Source: Scenedesmus sp. PABB004 (lineage: Eukaryota). From it: a stretch of 64,000 bases of DNA. This document shows, piece by piece, positions 23,662 through 36,899 of the stretch. The stretch lies in the NCBI GenBank assembly GCA_014905635.1, contig JABVCE010000003.1, forward strand, positions 1,426,001 to 1,490,000, in the 5' to 3' direction. Every line of letters starts with the position of its first letter. The first letter of the stretch is position 1. A model generated the notes under the pieces. That model made no database searches, was not told where the DNA came from, and saw only the letters and a program-made list of their open reading frames with translations. A program made the position numbers and the translations under genes.

Positions 23662-26600
23662 TCAGCCGCCGCCGCCGGCCAGTCCCGCCAGGCCGGCGAA
23701 GTAGCCGTTCATGTCGAGCGCGCCGAGCAGCGCATCGCAGTCCTCCTCGTCGCCGACCGCCGCGCTGCGCACGGAGAGGATGCGCAGCAGGTAGCCGCAC
23801 TCCCGCCGCCACGCGCCGCACAGCCCCGCCAGCGCGCGCCGCGACGCGCCGAGCTCGCGCCACGCGCGCCCCGCGGCGCCCGCGTCGAGGCCGGCGCCCT
23901 GCGCGCGCGAGGCGGGCGGGGCGGCCGCGTGGGCGGCGGCGCGGCGCGGCGCCGGCGCCCCGCGCGCGCGTGCCCGCACACGCCGGCGCGCACCGCGAGC
24001 GCGCCGCGAAGCTCGCGCAGCCGGGCCGCCGCGGCGGCGGCCTCGAGCGCGAGGTCCATCAGCCCCGCCAGCACGCGCCCGACGTGCCGCCACGTGCCGC
24101 CGGGCCCTTGGCGCCGGGCGGCCGCGCGCCGCAGAGGTTGGACACCGCCGCCAGCAGCGCGGCCGCGGCGGCGCGCACGTCGTCCAGGCTGGCCGCGCCC
24201 GCGAGCGCCTGGCGAGGGGGCGGGCGCAGGCGCGTCGGCGCGCGCCGCCGGGCGCGGCGGGGGCCAAGGGCGGGCCCGCTCGCGCGCCGCACCTCCTCGA
24301 GGCCCGCCCACGCGCCGCGCAGCAGGCGGTCCATCACGTACTGCTGCCAGCGCGCGAGCAGCTGGCCCATCTCCTGCAGCAGCAGCAGCTCCTGCCGCCC
24401 CGACAGCCAGGCGCCGGGGCCGGGCTCTGCGCGCGGGCGCGGCCGGCGGCGGGCGGCGTGGGGCGCGGCGGCGCGAGGCGCGCAGCAGGGCGCGCGCCGG
24501 CGCCGGCAGCCTGCGCTCTGCTGCGCGGGCGCCCACCTCCTGCCGCGCCGCCGCCGTCGGCCTTGGCGGCGGCGACGAGCGCCGCCGCGACCGCCGCCGC
24601 CTCCTGGCGGTCCTGCGCGGCGAGGCCGCGCGCGCCGCCCGCGCGCCCCTTGCACGCGGCGTGCCGCGCGCCGTCGACGCGGCGCCGCACCCAGCGCAGC
24701 TGCATCAAGAATCGCCACGCCTGCGCGCGCGCGGGGGCGGGGCGGGGCCGGGGCGCCGCGCCGTGAGCCCCGCACGGCTGCCAGTCCCGCACCGCACAGC
24801 AGGCGCACGCCGGGGCGCTCCGCCCCAGGCGGGCGCGGCCGCTGGCTGCGGGCGCCGCACCTGGGTGAAGCGTGCGAGCTGCTCCGGGTCGTACACCAGC
24901 GAGAGCTGCCAGCTGCCGCTGTGGCTGACGGACAGCCCCGCCCACTCCGCGGCGCAGCACCACAGCCCGCCGGTCGCGGCCACGCCCGCGGCGCGCGCGG
25001 GCGCCGCGCCGCCGGCGCCGCCGCTGGCGGCGCCGCCAGCCTGCGCCTGCTGGCGTTGCGCGCGCGCGGCGCGCAGGTCCGCCAGCGCCGCAGCGTTGAG
25101 CCCCAGGTGGAGGCAGCCAGGATCCGGCAGCGGGTCGGACGCGTCCGCCGCCGCCACCAGGTCCTGCGGGCGCGCGCCGCGGCGTCGGCGCGGCGCCACA
25201 AGCGCACGCCGCGCGCCGCCTGGCTTTTTGCCGTGCGGCCCCCCGCGCCGCCCCAGCGCGTGCCTGCAGCAGCATCTCCAGTTCCAGCACGTCCACGTCC
25301 TCCAGCCCCAGGACGTAGCCGGGGGGCAGCAGGCCCGCTCGGCTGCCGCCGCCCGCGAGCGCCAGGCCCGCGCTGCCGGGCCGGCCGGCGGCGCCGCCGC
25401 CCTTGGCGCGCCGCGCCTCGGCGGCCGCCTCGACGGCGGAAAACGCGCTGTCCGCCCACTCCACCATCGCGGGCGATGCAAGCAGGAACACGCCGGCGAG
25501 GCCGCGCAGCTGCGCGAGCAGGCCCCACTCGCAGAGCAGGCTGGACAGCAGCTGCCGGCTGATCAGGCCGACCTGCGGCGGCGCCGGCGGTGCGCGCGTT
25601 AGCTAGCAGCGCAGGGCGGCAGGCCCTGCTCCGGGCGCAGCCGCAGCCAGCGCGCGGCGCCCCCGACCCACCCGCTCCCGGATGGGCGCCAGCAGCGCCT
25701 GCTCCAGCAGCTGCGGCAGCGGCACCAGCAGCTGCTGCGGCGGCTGCAGCAACAGCCACGAGAGCTCCTGGGCCGGCCACTGCCCAGCCAGCAGCCACGG
25801 CGGCAGGCGCGGCTGGTGGCTGGCGCCGCCGCCGTCGACAGCCGTGCGGCCGCAGCCGGCTGCGCGGCTCATTGTGGGTTGCAGCGGCCACAGCTCAGCC
25901 AGGCTGCCAGAGAAGCTGCCGGGCACTGCTACGCCGCGGCCGCGCAGCAGCAGCGCGCTGCCGGCGGCCTCCACCGGCTGCTCGTCGCCCTGCTGCCGCT
26001 CGCCGGCCTGCCGCCAGGGCGCCATGCTCTCAAGGCTGCTGCCGGCCGCGCTGAGGCGCGCCTGCAGCTGCTCCCGCCACGCCAGCAGGCGCGGGACGCC
26101 GGCCGCCTCCGCTGCATCGCACTCGGGCGCCGCCGGGGGCGTCGCAGCAGCGCTGGCATCCGCGGTGCCGCCGGCTGCGACCGCGCAGGACTTGTCCGAC
26201 TGCGGCGCGGCGTCGTCACCGTCGCTGTCGTCACCGCGCGACGTGCGCTCGCTGCCAGGCTCCTTGCCCTTGGCGCCGCGCACCGGGCTGGCAGCCGGCT
26301 GGCAGCTGACGCCCGCGGGAGCCCGCAGCGCCGTCGGAGCGGCCTGTTGCGGGGCCTCGCTTCCTGCAGGCTGCTCCTGCAGCCCCTGCCCGTGCTCGCT
26401 GGTCTCCACCGCTGGCACCGCACCGCTCGCCGCTGCGCGCTGGCGCTGCACCCTGGCACGCAGCAGCGCCTCGCGCAGGCAGCTGCCGCCGGTCCCAGCC
26501 TGCTGCTCCTGCTGCTGCGGCGGCGGCCCGCCCTCGCCCAGGCCACTGCACGGCTGCGACAGCGCCTGGCCCGCAGCCTCCAGCACGCCGCGCATGAGCT

Positions 26601-29302
26601 GCCCCGGCGTGGGCCCCTCGCCGCCGCCGCCTGGCGGCTCGCCCGCTGGGGTCGGGCGCTGCTGCTGTTGCTGCTGCTGCAGCAGCGCGCAGGCGGCAGC
26701 GATGAAGCCACGCGGCAGCTGCTCCTGCTCCTGCTCCTGCTGCCCCGCGACGACAGCAGCCATGGCCAGCTGCAGCCGCACCTGGCGCGTGAGCTGCGAG
26801 GCGCCCGCGCTGCCGCCGGCCGCGCCACGCGCGTCGCTGTCGCCCCACTGCCGCCTGCCGCTGGGGGCGCTCGGGCCCTCCGCGGCCGCAGCGGCGGCGC
26901 CGCTGGCGCTGCCGCGCCGCGGCGGCGCGCCCCTGGCGGCGGGGGCGCCACCGCCGCTCGCGCCGCGCGCCACGTGCCTGCCCGCACCCAGGCTGGCGCT
27001 GCCGGCGCGCGCCAGCGCCGGCCGCCTGCCGGCCTCGGCCGCCGCCGCGCCGCCGCCGGCTGGGGCGCCCGGGCTGCAGAAGCTGTCGCGGCGCAGCTCC
27101 TCCCGCTCCATGTGCTCCAGCAGCCGCACGCTCTTGCCCGCCGTCATCATCGCGCCCGCGAGCGGAAGCAGGAACGCGGGGCACGCGGCGGCGCCCGCGC
27201 CGCCGGCCTGCCCCGCGACGTCGCCGCCGCCGGCGGCGGCGCCGGCGCTGTCGCGCGAGGCAAACGCGTAGGCGCTGTGCCAGAAGCGGGCGTCCGTGGC
27301 GGGCACGGCGGCCGACTTGACCACGAAGAAATCGTCGGCGCACACGCTCGCGCCGTGCAGCTGCTGCGCTCCGTCCCCGGGCGCCGCGTCGTCACCGGAG
27401 GTCCACAGCCACTGCGCCAGCGCTGCCGCCATCGGCACGCACGCGCAGAGCAGCAGGTGCAGGAGCGCCGCCGCGTCGGCGGCGCCCTGCGGCCCGCTCG
27501 CCACCGCCGCCGCGGCGGCCGCGCGCTCGTGCAGGCCGTCCAGCAGCGCCGCCGACGTGGCCGCGGGCGGGCCGCCCAGCCGCTGCAGCACGCCGCCCAC
27601 GGCCTCGTGCAGCAGCGCCAGCCGCCGCACGACGGGCCGCGCCTCGCGCCGCACACGCAGCAGCGTGAGCCCGCCGCCGTCGCCGGCCGCCGCCCGCTGC
27701 GCCAGCTGCGCGAGCTGCCAGCCCATCAGATCGAGCTGCTGCTGCAGCGCCACGCCAAACGCGCGCAGGCAGCACGTCGTGCCCGCTCCGCCGGCCCAGG
27801 CCTCGCCGCCGGCCACCGCGCCGCCGCCGCCGCCGCCGCCGCCGGCCGCGAGCCAGCCGCGGCCGCGCGCCTGCGTGAGCTGCGCCGCCAGGCGCCGCAG
27901 CTGGCGCGCCGCGCTGCCGCCGGCCGCAAACTCCGCGAGCAGCGCCTGCAGCGCGCCGGGCGACAGCGCGGGCGTGGTCACGCGCAGGTCCGGCTCAAAC
28001 GCCTGGCCCGCCAGCCCGCCGGCGCCGCGCGGCGCCGGGACGAGCGCAAAGCCCTGCGCGGGCTGGCCCTGCAGCAGCAGCAGCGCCTGGCGCGCCAGGA
28101 AGGACTCCGCGAGGCAGTGCTCCCGCTCGGGGCGCAGAAAGGGGAGGCGCGCCAGCCGCGTCGCGCCGAGCCGCGCCAGGAGCTGCCCCGGCGCCGGCTC
28201 GGCGCGCTGCGGCACCAGCTGCGGCGGCGGCGCGAGCGCGCCCGGCGGCGGCACGTCCCACGCCCCGGTCAGCGCCGGCCCGCCCGCCAACGCGCCCGGC
28301 GGCGGCGGCGGCTCCGGCGCGCCCAGCTGCTCCAGCGAGCGGCCGGCGGCGTCCACGTCGGACCGCCGCCGCGCGGCGAGCGGCGAGCTCCACAGCTTGC
28401 TGGGGCTGCCCGGCGCCCCGGCCGGCGAGTCGGGCGGCCCGTACGCGTGCGTCTCGTCGCTGCTGTCCCAGCCCGCGCTCGTGAGGTCGCTCGCGTCGCC
28501 ATAGGGGTCAACCTCCGGCTCGCCCTCGCTGCTGCCGCAGCTCGAGCGCACGCCGTCGTCCGCGCCCGCGCCCGCGCCCGCGCCGCCGGCGAGCAGGCGC
28601 GTGAAGCGCGCCGCCGCGCGCGCCTGGGCAGGCGCGGGGGCCGCCGCGGCGCCCGCCAGGCCGGCGGCGGCGCCGCCGTAGAGCAGCGCCAGCAGCTGCG
28701 GCGTCGTGTCCAGGCTGCTCGCGAGCGGCTGGCCCGCGAGGGCGGCGAGCAGCGCGAGCAGGCCGTGGTTCAGCTCCAGCGCGGTGTTGCTCGGCGCGGC
28801 CAGGTCGGCCGCGAGCACGCGCCGCGCGAGCGCCGCGAGCGCCGACGCCTTGGTCGGCTGGCTGTCCTCCCACAGCCGCTGCACCACGCTGCGGGCGGGG
28901 GGCGTGGGCGGGCGTGTCGGCGCGGCCGCCGCTGCTGGCGCGTCGGCGCGGCCGCCGCTGCGGGCAAGTCCTGGCCGTGACCGCTGCTGGCGCGCCGCTG
29001 CTGGCCGCACCTCGCATAGAAGCCCTCCACCTCTGAGGGGCTGGGGTCGCCGAAGCTATGGTAATACGCCTTCTGCAGGCAAAAGTCCAGCGCGAGCGCG
29101 TAGTTGTCGTCATCCGGCTGCGGACGCGGCGGCGGCAGACGCGGCGGCGCGCGCGTTGTGCGCAGCAGCGCGGCGCGCCGCCGCGGCCGGCCGCGGGCGC
29201 GGCGCGCCGCCGCGGCCGCACCGACACGCCCAGCAGGCGGGTGACGAGCTGGGAGGTGAGCGCGTGGCGCCGCTCGTGCACGGCCTGGGCGAACGCCGAC
29301 AT
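23662..29302 (-). CDS. GCP5: Gamma-tubulin complex component, Spc97/Spc98 family, most like GCP5
   Basis: N-terminus 'DDDNYALALDFCLQKAYYHSFGDPSPSEVEGFY', then 'ESFLARQALLLLQG', 'CPAFLLPLAGAMMTAGKSVRLL', 'LSLVYDPEQLARFTQAWRFLMQLRWVRRRVD', 'QYVMDRLLRGAWAGLEE' and C-terminal 'LDMNGYF'. Subfamily call is inferred from the N-terminus and a long insertion. Confidence 0.8.
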
Positions 29303-29855
29303 GGCGCGCGCCGCCCGCTGCCGCGCGCCGCGCCGGCCGCGCGGGCCGCGGCGGCGCCGCCGCCCTGCCTCTCGCGGGCGTGCGTGGCTGCGGGCCGCCC
29401 CGTCCGGGCCTGGCGGCAGCGATCGCGTCGGCTCTGCGCGGCAGCAGGCGCCGGCGGGCGCGGGCGCCCCGGGCGAGCCCGCCGGGCGCGCGTGCGCGGT
29501 GCCGGCTCCGGGGCAGGTCGGCGGCCCTGGCCGGCGTGCCCTGGCGCTTGCGCTGGCCCGGCTGCGCGTCTGCGGCGGGTTCGTTCAAATCCGCCTCGCC
29601 CGCACGGCGCCGCGGCGGGCGCGTCGTGCTGGGAGCGGCCTGCCAGCGACTGCCGCGACCGCGGGCAGGCGGCGCGGGGCCGCTCCGCGAAGTAACACGC
29701 CCGGTCGTTGGCGGTGCCCGAGCGCCGGCCCTGGGCCGCGAACGCCGCCCACGCGCCCGCCCGGCCGCCCACACGCACGCCGCGCTCACCACCAACGGCC
29801 CGCGCCGGCCCCACGCGCCACCTCCGCCCCCGCACCCGCCGCCCCACCGCCAACC

Positions 29856-31000
29856 ATGGGCCTCTTCGACTTTCTCTTCAGCTGGATGTGAGCCCCCGCG
29901 CGCCCGGGCCGCGATCGGCGCGCATGCGCAGCGCGCCGCCGCCGCCGCGGGCGCCGCGCTGACGGCGGCGCTGCCGCTGCCCGCGCGCGCCGCGCCGCGC
30001 AGGTGCAAGCGGGTGGGCGCTCCCCGGCCGCCGCGGCCGCTACCGCGGGCGGCCAGCCCGCGCCGCGGATCGGCGCCGATCGGCTGGCGTCACCCGCCGC
30101 GCCCGCAGCAGTCGCGTCGGCGCTGCGCGAGCTCCGCCGACCCCGCCGCGCTCATTCCCGCGCGCGCTCGTTCAAAACGCGCGCGCAGGTGTTCAAGAAG
30201 GTCGACTACAACGGCAACGGCATGATCGAGCCCCTCGAGGTTGAGGTCGCCATCCTCTCGCTGTGCGCGCGCCGCGCCGTTGCGCCCCGCCTCGGGCGCG
30301 CGCAGCCTGCGCCTCCCTCCCCCACCCGCCCACGCCCACGCCGCCCTCCCGCCCGGCCCTGAACCCAGGTACAACATCGTGAACAAGCGCCTGCCCGGCT
30401 GGCAGGACCCGCCCACGCGCGACGCGATCCAGGCGCGGCCGCCGCCGCCGCGTCGCCCTGGGGCGGCCGCCGCCCGCCTGCTGCCGCACCCCCCCCCCCC
30501 ACACACACACATGCTCGCGCGCGCAGGCGTCGCTCAAGGCGTTTGACGACGACCACAACGGCTCCCTGGATGAGCCCGAGTTTGAGCGCTTCGCCAAGAG
30601 CCTCATGAAGTCTGGTGAGCGCCGGGCTGCGGCAGCGACCGCCCTGGCAGCGCCGGGCGGGGCGCGCGCGGGCGGGGCGCGCGCGGGCGGGGCGCGCGCG
30701 GGCGGGGCCGGCAGGGCGGCAGGCGGGCGGGCGCGGGCGGGGCGGCGGCGGCGCGCGAGGCGCGCGCGCCCGCCGACCACCACCACGCCGCGCCGCGCCG
30801 CGGCAGGGCCCGACATGTTCTTCGCCCGCGTCGGCAAAGACGCGCTGGTCAAGACCGCGCTGCTGCCGGCGGTGAGCATCGGCGTCAAGAGCGCGAGCAG
30901 CTCGCTCGGCGCCGAGGGCGTGAAGGACGTGCCGCTCGCGGTCATGGCCCCGGCGCTCGGCGTCGCGTTCAACGCGGTCAAGGCCCTCATCCCCCTGTGA
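29856..31000 (+). CDS. Small two-EF-hand calcium-binding protein with a hydrophobic C-terminal half
   Basis: Spliced 'MGLFDFLFSWM|CKR|VFKKVDYNGNGMIEPLEV...AFDDDHNGSLDEPEFERF...PALGVAFNAVKALIPL' contains two canonical EF loops. Five introns. Confidence 0.85.
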
Positions 31001-31434
31001 GGAGAGAGAGAGATCCCTGCCTCGCAGGAATGAGCCCCCCTCAACGAACGTTCAGCAACGGCGGCCACAACGAACGGCCAGCGGCGCGGAGCGAGAATCG
31101 CGGCGCGCGGCGCGGGCGCGCCCCGCGCGGCGGGCGCGGCGCGCCGGCGGCGCCGGGTGTGCGAGCGCAGGGCAAGTCCCTGCTCAGTAACTGCACAAAA
31201 ACTGAGTCGGGCGAGCCGCACCGGCGCCACAACCGCGGCGTCGCAGCGTCGCACGCCCCGCTGCCGCACGTCTCCCGTCGCTCCCTTCCGCCCACACGGC
31301 CGCCCGGCCGGCGCTCCCAGGCACCCCGGCGCGCCCCTGGGCGCCGCGGCGGCGCCGCCAACAGACGCGCGACGCCGCCGCCTCCCCGGCGCGCGCAGGC
31401 TCCTCCCCGAGCTGCGTTTACTACGAAAGCCGCC

Positions 31435-32054
31435 ATGTTCTGGTGCTTTAAGGTGGCCGGAACGCGGTGCTGGCGACATGAGCAGTCGCGGCGGCCGGAG
31501 CAGCAGCCAGTGCTGGCCTCCAACATTGCCCCCTCTCCCGCCCCCGCCCGCGCAGGCCCCCGTCGTGGTCGAGGCCGGCGAGAAGGCGGGCGGCAGCGGC
31601 GACGCCACCATCTTCGTGCGCAGCAGCGCCAGCAGCGGCGGCGGCGCTGCCGACTGGCCGGACGCAGCGGCGTGCGGCGGCCTGTCCCGCGCCTCCAGCA
31701 CCGTGTCCTGGGCTGACGCCCAGGAGGACTGGGACGACGAGCCGCAGCAGCAGGCCAGCGGGGGCGAGCCGGCGGCGGCGCAGCACCCCGGCGTGCCAGA
31801 CTTTGCAGAGCTGCCGGCGCTGCTGGCCGCGCTGCTGCGCAAGCACCTGCAGGGCGCGTGGCTGGGCTGCAAGCCGGCGGTCGCGCTCATGCGCTGGCTG
31901 GACGACAGCGGCACGACGTTGGCGGAGCTCAGCACGCTGCTGGCGCCCCACCTGGCGGCCGAGGCGGACGCGCACGGCGGCGACGCACTGTCGCTCGCCC
32001 CGGCGCCGGCGCCGCCGCAGCAGCAGCGGCAGCCCGGCGGCCCCGTAGGCAGCA

Positions 32055-32088
<34 letters not shown>

Positions 32089-33523
32089 CGCGCCGCCCAG
32101 CCTGCGGCGGCTGGTGCACAACGTGCAGCTCGCGCACGAGGCGCTGGCGGGCATGGCGCGGGAAGAGGGCTTCCACCAGGTCGCACACGGCCCGCTGCAG
32201 GTGCGCAGGCTGCAGCGGGCCGCCGGCGGGCAGCAGCAGGACGCCCGGCCTGGCCTGCGCCGCGTCCCGACCGCGCCCCGCCCCGCTCCCGCCCGGCCCT
32301 GCCCCGCCCGCCGCCCCCCCGCCCCGCCGCGCCGCGCAGCTGTGGTACTGCCACGACCACGCGCGCCACGCGCAGATCATCCGCGCGCGCTGCGTGCTCG
32401 ACGAGTCGCTCGCGGTGCGACGGCGGGCGCGCGCGCGACCGCCGGCCACCGCCGCCGCCGCCGCCACCGCCACCCTTGCCTCACGCCGCCTCGTGCCGCC
32501 GCCACGCCGCGGCGCGCCGCGGCAGAACATCGTGTGCCTCGCGCGTGAGGTCGACCTGGTGACCGCCTGGAACCCAGCGATCAGCGACGGCCGTGAGCTG
32601 GGCGCGTACAGCTCGGCAGAGCTGCTGGTGCGCACGCGTGCGCCGCCGCCGCCTCTTGCCGCCGCCCGCGCCGCCGGCGCTGCCGCGCTTGACGCCTGCC
32701 TGCCTGCGCCCGCCGCGCAGGCGTACCTGCTGCTGTGGACGCCCTGGCCGCTGCCCAGCCCGGAGGTCGTCAATTATGCGGTCGGGCTGGACCTGCTGGA
32801 CTCGCAGCAGCGCTGCGTGCTGCTGGCGACGCAGGGCATCACGGAGCTGCCGGTGCGCCGCGCGGCGCGCGGCGCGCGGGGCGGCGCGCGGCGCGCGCTC
32901 GGCCGCCCGCGCGCTCGGCCACGCTCGGCCACGCCGAGCGCCCGCCGCCCGCCGCCCGCCGCCCGCCGCCGCAGGCGGGCGTCGAGGCGCCGAGCCACCC
33001 GCGCGCGCAGCGCCTGGTCATGAGCCCCGGCGGTTTTCTCTTCCGCCCGCTGCCGCCGGGCCCGGGCGGCGGCCCGCGCACCGAGGCGACCGTCCTGGTC
33101 GCGATCGACGCGAGCCGCTTCACCGTGCCTGACGCGATCATCTCGTTCGTGCTCAAGGTGTTTGCGCCGCTCGTGTACTCCAGCGTGCTCCGCGTGCTGC
33201 AACGCATGTTCCACGGCGCCGCGGCGAGCGGCGGCGGCGCGGCGAGCGGCGGCGGCGCGGCGAGCGGCGGCGGCGGCGGCCGTGCCGCCTCCAAGGCCGG
33301 CGCCAGCTCCGCCGGCGGCGCCAGCGGCAGGCGCGGCGCCAGCTCCGCCGGCGGCGCCAGCAGCAAGGGCGGCGCCAGCTCCGCCGGCAGCGCCAGCGGC
33401 GGCGGCGCGTGCGGGGGCAGCGCGCTGCTGGAGCGGCTGCTGGCGCGGCCGGATTATGCGGCGCTCGACGCCCACGTCGAGCGCTGCCTGGCGGCCCAGG
33501 CGGCGGCCGGCGCCGGCGCATGA
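31435..33523 (+). CDS. START/Bet v1-like lipid-binding domain protein
   Basis: 'IIRARCVLDESLA|NIVCLAREVDLVTAWNP', 'YLLLWTPWPLPSPEVVNYAVGLDLLD', 'GGFLFRPL' and 'VPDAIISFVLKVFAPLVYSSVLR' show a START-like pattern. GT-AG introns. Confidence 0.7.
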
Positions 33524-34365
33524 GGCGGCGCGCGCGCCCTGCGGCGTAGGGCGCAGGGCCTGCGCCGCGCCGCGCGCTGCATCGCGCAGCGGCGGCCTGC
33601 ATCCCCTCCCCATTTTGCACTAGGCCTGCTTGCCCTGTGGTCCAGGCGAGCGGGCGGCAGCAGCAGCAGCGGCGGCATTGAGCCAGCACCATGACGATGA
33701 CGAGCTAGGCAGGCGGGCACCAAGGCAGCAGGCGAGCGGGCACGGGATTCGGTGTGGTCCAGCAGGCAAGTGCGTGATTGGCGGCGTGCCTGTGCGCGCT
33801 GGGGCTTGTGTGTGTGCGTGTGTGCATGCTGCTGCTCTTCTCCATGGTTGCGCGACCGGGCGGCGGCTCCGTGCGTGCGCGCGTGTGCGTGTGCAACTCG
33901 CGCTCTGGCAGCGGCGGCGCGGGTGCCGACAGCTGCGCCGCCGACAGCTGCGCCGACCCAGACGCCGAACGTGGCACAGCGGAGCTGGCTGCCGGGCCGC
34001 GGGGCCCACAGCGCGCGCACGAGGGCGCGGTCGTGGCCGGCGCTCCCGCGCCGTCGCGCGGCCGCGGCCGCCGCGTGGCGGCGCGACGATCTGCACGCCG
34101 CGCGGACCTGCTAATCCTTGCGTACGCGCACCGCGAGCGCACCGAGCGCGGCCCCGAGCGCGCCGCGTTTTTGCCGTACGCGCCAGCGCAGCTCCGGGCC
34201 AGGTCCGCGGATTACCGGAGCTGCGGTTTGAATGAGTTCCGCTCCCAAGGGCGCTGCTCCCCCTGCTGCTCACTTTCTGCTCAGCGCGCGCGCCTCAGCG
34301 CCTCTCTAGCCGCGAGTGCTGCCCGGCTGCTGCCGCCGCCGGTGTGTGTGAGCGCGCGACGCGCC

Positions 34366-36502
34366 ATGGCTCGCCACACGGCGCTCCTCGCCGTCGCATC
34401 GCTCCTGATGCTGCTGGCCGGCGCCAGCGCGCGCCCGCTGCGCAGCGGCCGGCAGCTCGCGCAGGACGGCGGTGAGTGTGGCGGCGCCCGCGGGGCCGTG
34501 GAACGAGCTGAGCTGCCGGCGGCGCCGCACCAGCTCAGGGCCGCCCCGCCGCCGCCCGCCCCGCAGGCTCGGGCGACTCCAGCACACCCGCGCCCTCGTC
34601 GTCCGACGCGCCCGCGCCCGCGTTTGACCCCCCTGCCGCGCCGGCGTACGAGGCGCCCGCGCCCGCTTTTGAGGCCCCCGCGCCAGCGTACGAGGCCCCC
34701 GCGCCCGAGCCGAGCTACGAGGCACCCGCGCCCCAGTTTGCCAGCGAGGCTCCGGCGCCCGCGCCCGAGCCGGCATACGAGGCGCCCGCGCCGCAGCCCG
34801 CCAGCGAGACTCCGGCGCCCGAGCCGAGCTACGAGGCGCCCGCGCCCCAGTTTGCGAGCGAGGTCCCAGCGCCGGCGTACGAGGCGCTTGTGGCCCAGCC
34901 GAGCTCCGACGCGCCCGCGCCGGAGCCGGCGGACGCGAGCGAGCAGCAGCCGAGCGGCGGCGCACCGGCCGGCGAGCAGCCCAGCAGCGACCCCAGCGCC
35001 GCCGACCCGGCGGTGGAGCAGCAGCAGCCCGCCAACGGCGGCGAGCAGCAGGCGCAGCAGCCTGAGTGGAACCAGCAGTGGGCCACGCCCGCCAGCGCCG
35101 ACCCGAGCGCCGACCAGCCGCAGCAGCCCGCCGACAGCGCCAGCAGCGCGCAGCAGCCGACGCCGGCCGAGCCCAGCAGCGCGCAGCAGCAGCCGACGTC
35201 GGCCGAGCCCAGCAGCGCGCAGCCTGCGGCTGACCAGGGTGGCGAGCAGCCGTCGCCCGCCGACCCCTCTGCCGGCGGCGGTGATGCGAGGCAGGCCGCC
35301 GCCGCGCCCTCGTCGCCAGGTGCGCGCGGCCGCGGGCAGGCCACGCCGCCGGCCCCGCCCAGTCGCGGCCGGCCTCACGCGCCCGCCCGCCCGCCTGCCG
35401 CCGCAGTGCTGCCGCCGTCGGAGCCCATCGCCTCGGTCGAGCCCAACCAGGAGGCGCTGAGCGCGCTGCAGTCGCCGTCGGGCGGCGCCGGGGCCGCCGA
35501 CTCGCTGCTGGCCGCCGCCGGCGGCGGCGATGGCTCCGCCGCGGCCGCGGGCGCTGCCGTCGCGCAGGCCTCGCAGGCGGGCAACACACAAGCCGTCGGC
35601 CAGGCGACCGCCGACGCCGCGGCGCGCGACCCCTCTGCGACCGCCAAGGTGCTGGCCGAGGCGCAGTCTCAGGCCGTCGCGCGCGGCGCCACCGAGGCCT
35701 TCGGCCAGTCCACCGCGGAGGCCTTCAGCGTCGCCGAGAGCCAGGGCTCCACTGCGCAGCTGTCCGAGTCGTTCGCGCAGGTGCGGCCGCGCGCGCGTGC
35801 CGTGCGTATGTGCCGCGGCCGCGCGCGCGCGCGGCACCGCTCACCCGCCCGCCTTGCCCCTGCGACGCCCTCCCGCCCCCGCCCCCGCCCCCGCCCCCGC
35901 GCGCCGCAGGCGACCGCGCAGTCGGCGGCCGCCAACCCGGCGGCTGCGTCGCAGGTCCTCGCGCAGTCGATGACCGCCGCGGCCGCCAAGGGCCAGGCCG
36001 TGACGGACGGCTTTGCCGGCGCCGTGTCCCAGGCCTTCAGCGTGGCCGAGTCCCGCGGCTCGACCTCTGCGCTGACCACGTCAGTCGCGTCCGCGACCGC
36101 GCAGGCCGCCGCGGCCGACGCGGGCGCCGCCGCGCGCTCGCTCGCCGCGACCGCGCGCCAGGCGCACAGCCGCGGCGTGGGGCAGAGCTTTGCGGCGAGC
36201 CAGGCGCAGGCATTCGCCGCGGGGCAGCAGGACAACAGCATCGCCTCGCTCGCTCGTGCGGTCGCGGGCGCCATTCATCTCGGCGGTGCGGTCGCACGCG
36301 AGACGTACTCGAAGGCGTTTGCCCAGGCCATCGCGCACGGCGGCGACGAGGCCGCCGGCCTCGCGGCGGCGACCGCGGTCGTGTTTTGCGAGGGCGGCGC
36401 GAGGTGTGGCGATCGGCCGGTCGCCGGCCGCCGCGGCGGCCGGCGCCGCGCCGCTCTCTGGGCCGGGGCTGCGGCCCTGACGCAGAGCCGCCGCCGCGGC
36501 CA

Positions 36503-36534
<32 letters not shown>

Positions 36535-36899
36535 CGCCGCTGCCGCCGTGCAGCGCCGAGGCGTACGCGGAGGCTCTGTCCGCGGCCATCCGTCAGGACC
36601 CCTACACAGGCTGCACCATCCTGAGCGAGTCCAAGGCGTACGCGTACGCGCGCTGCGGGCCGACCGGCAGCTTCGCCACGTCGGGCAGCACGACGACCAA
36701 CACCATCCTCGGCGCCTGCAACCTGCCGGTCACCACGTCGGCCGGCCCCGGCGCGCCGTACCGCGGCCAGAGCCCCGCGGGGCGGGGCCTGTCGCCCTAC
36801 TACGGCGCCGCGCCCAGCTGGCAGCCGCTCGGCTCGCTGCTCGGCGGCTGGGGCGTGCCGGGCGGCTGGGGCGGCCGCCGCCTGCGGCGCGCCGCGTGA
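34366..36899 (+). CDS. Secreted Pro/Ala-rich putative cell-wall glycoprotein
   Basis: Signal peptide 'MARHTALLAVASLLMLLAGASA-RPLRSGRQLAQ', (P/A)YEAPAP repeats, an Ala/Ser/Gln-rich helical domain, a Cys-containing C-terminal block, and terminal 'GGRRLRRAA'. Confidence 0.75.
34605..34890 (+). repeat. Coding tandem repeats PAYEAPAP / PSYEAPAPQFASE
   Basis: Repeated 'tacgaggcgcccgcgccc' and 'ccagcgaggctccggcgccc' units. Confidence 0.85.

Noticed and set aside
25682..28980. Long + strand ORFs opposite GCP5
   Set aside because: Antisense shadows with no domain content.
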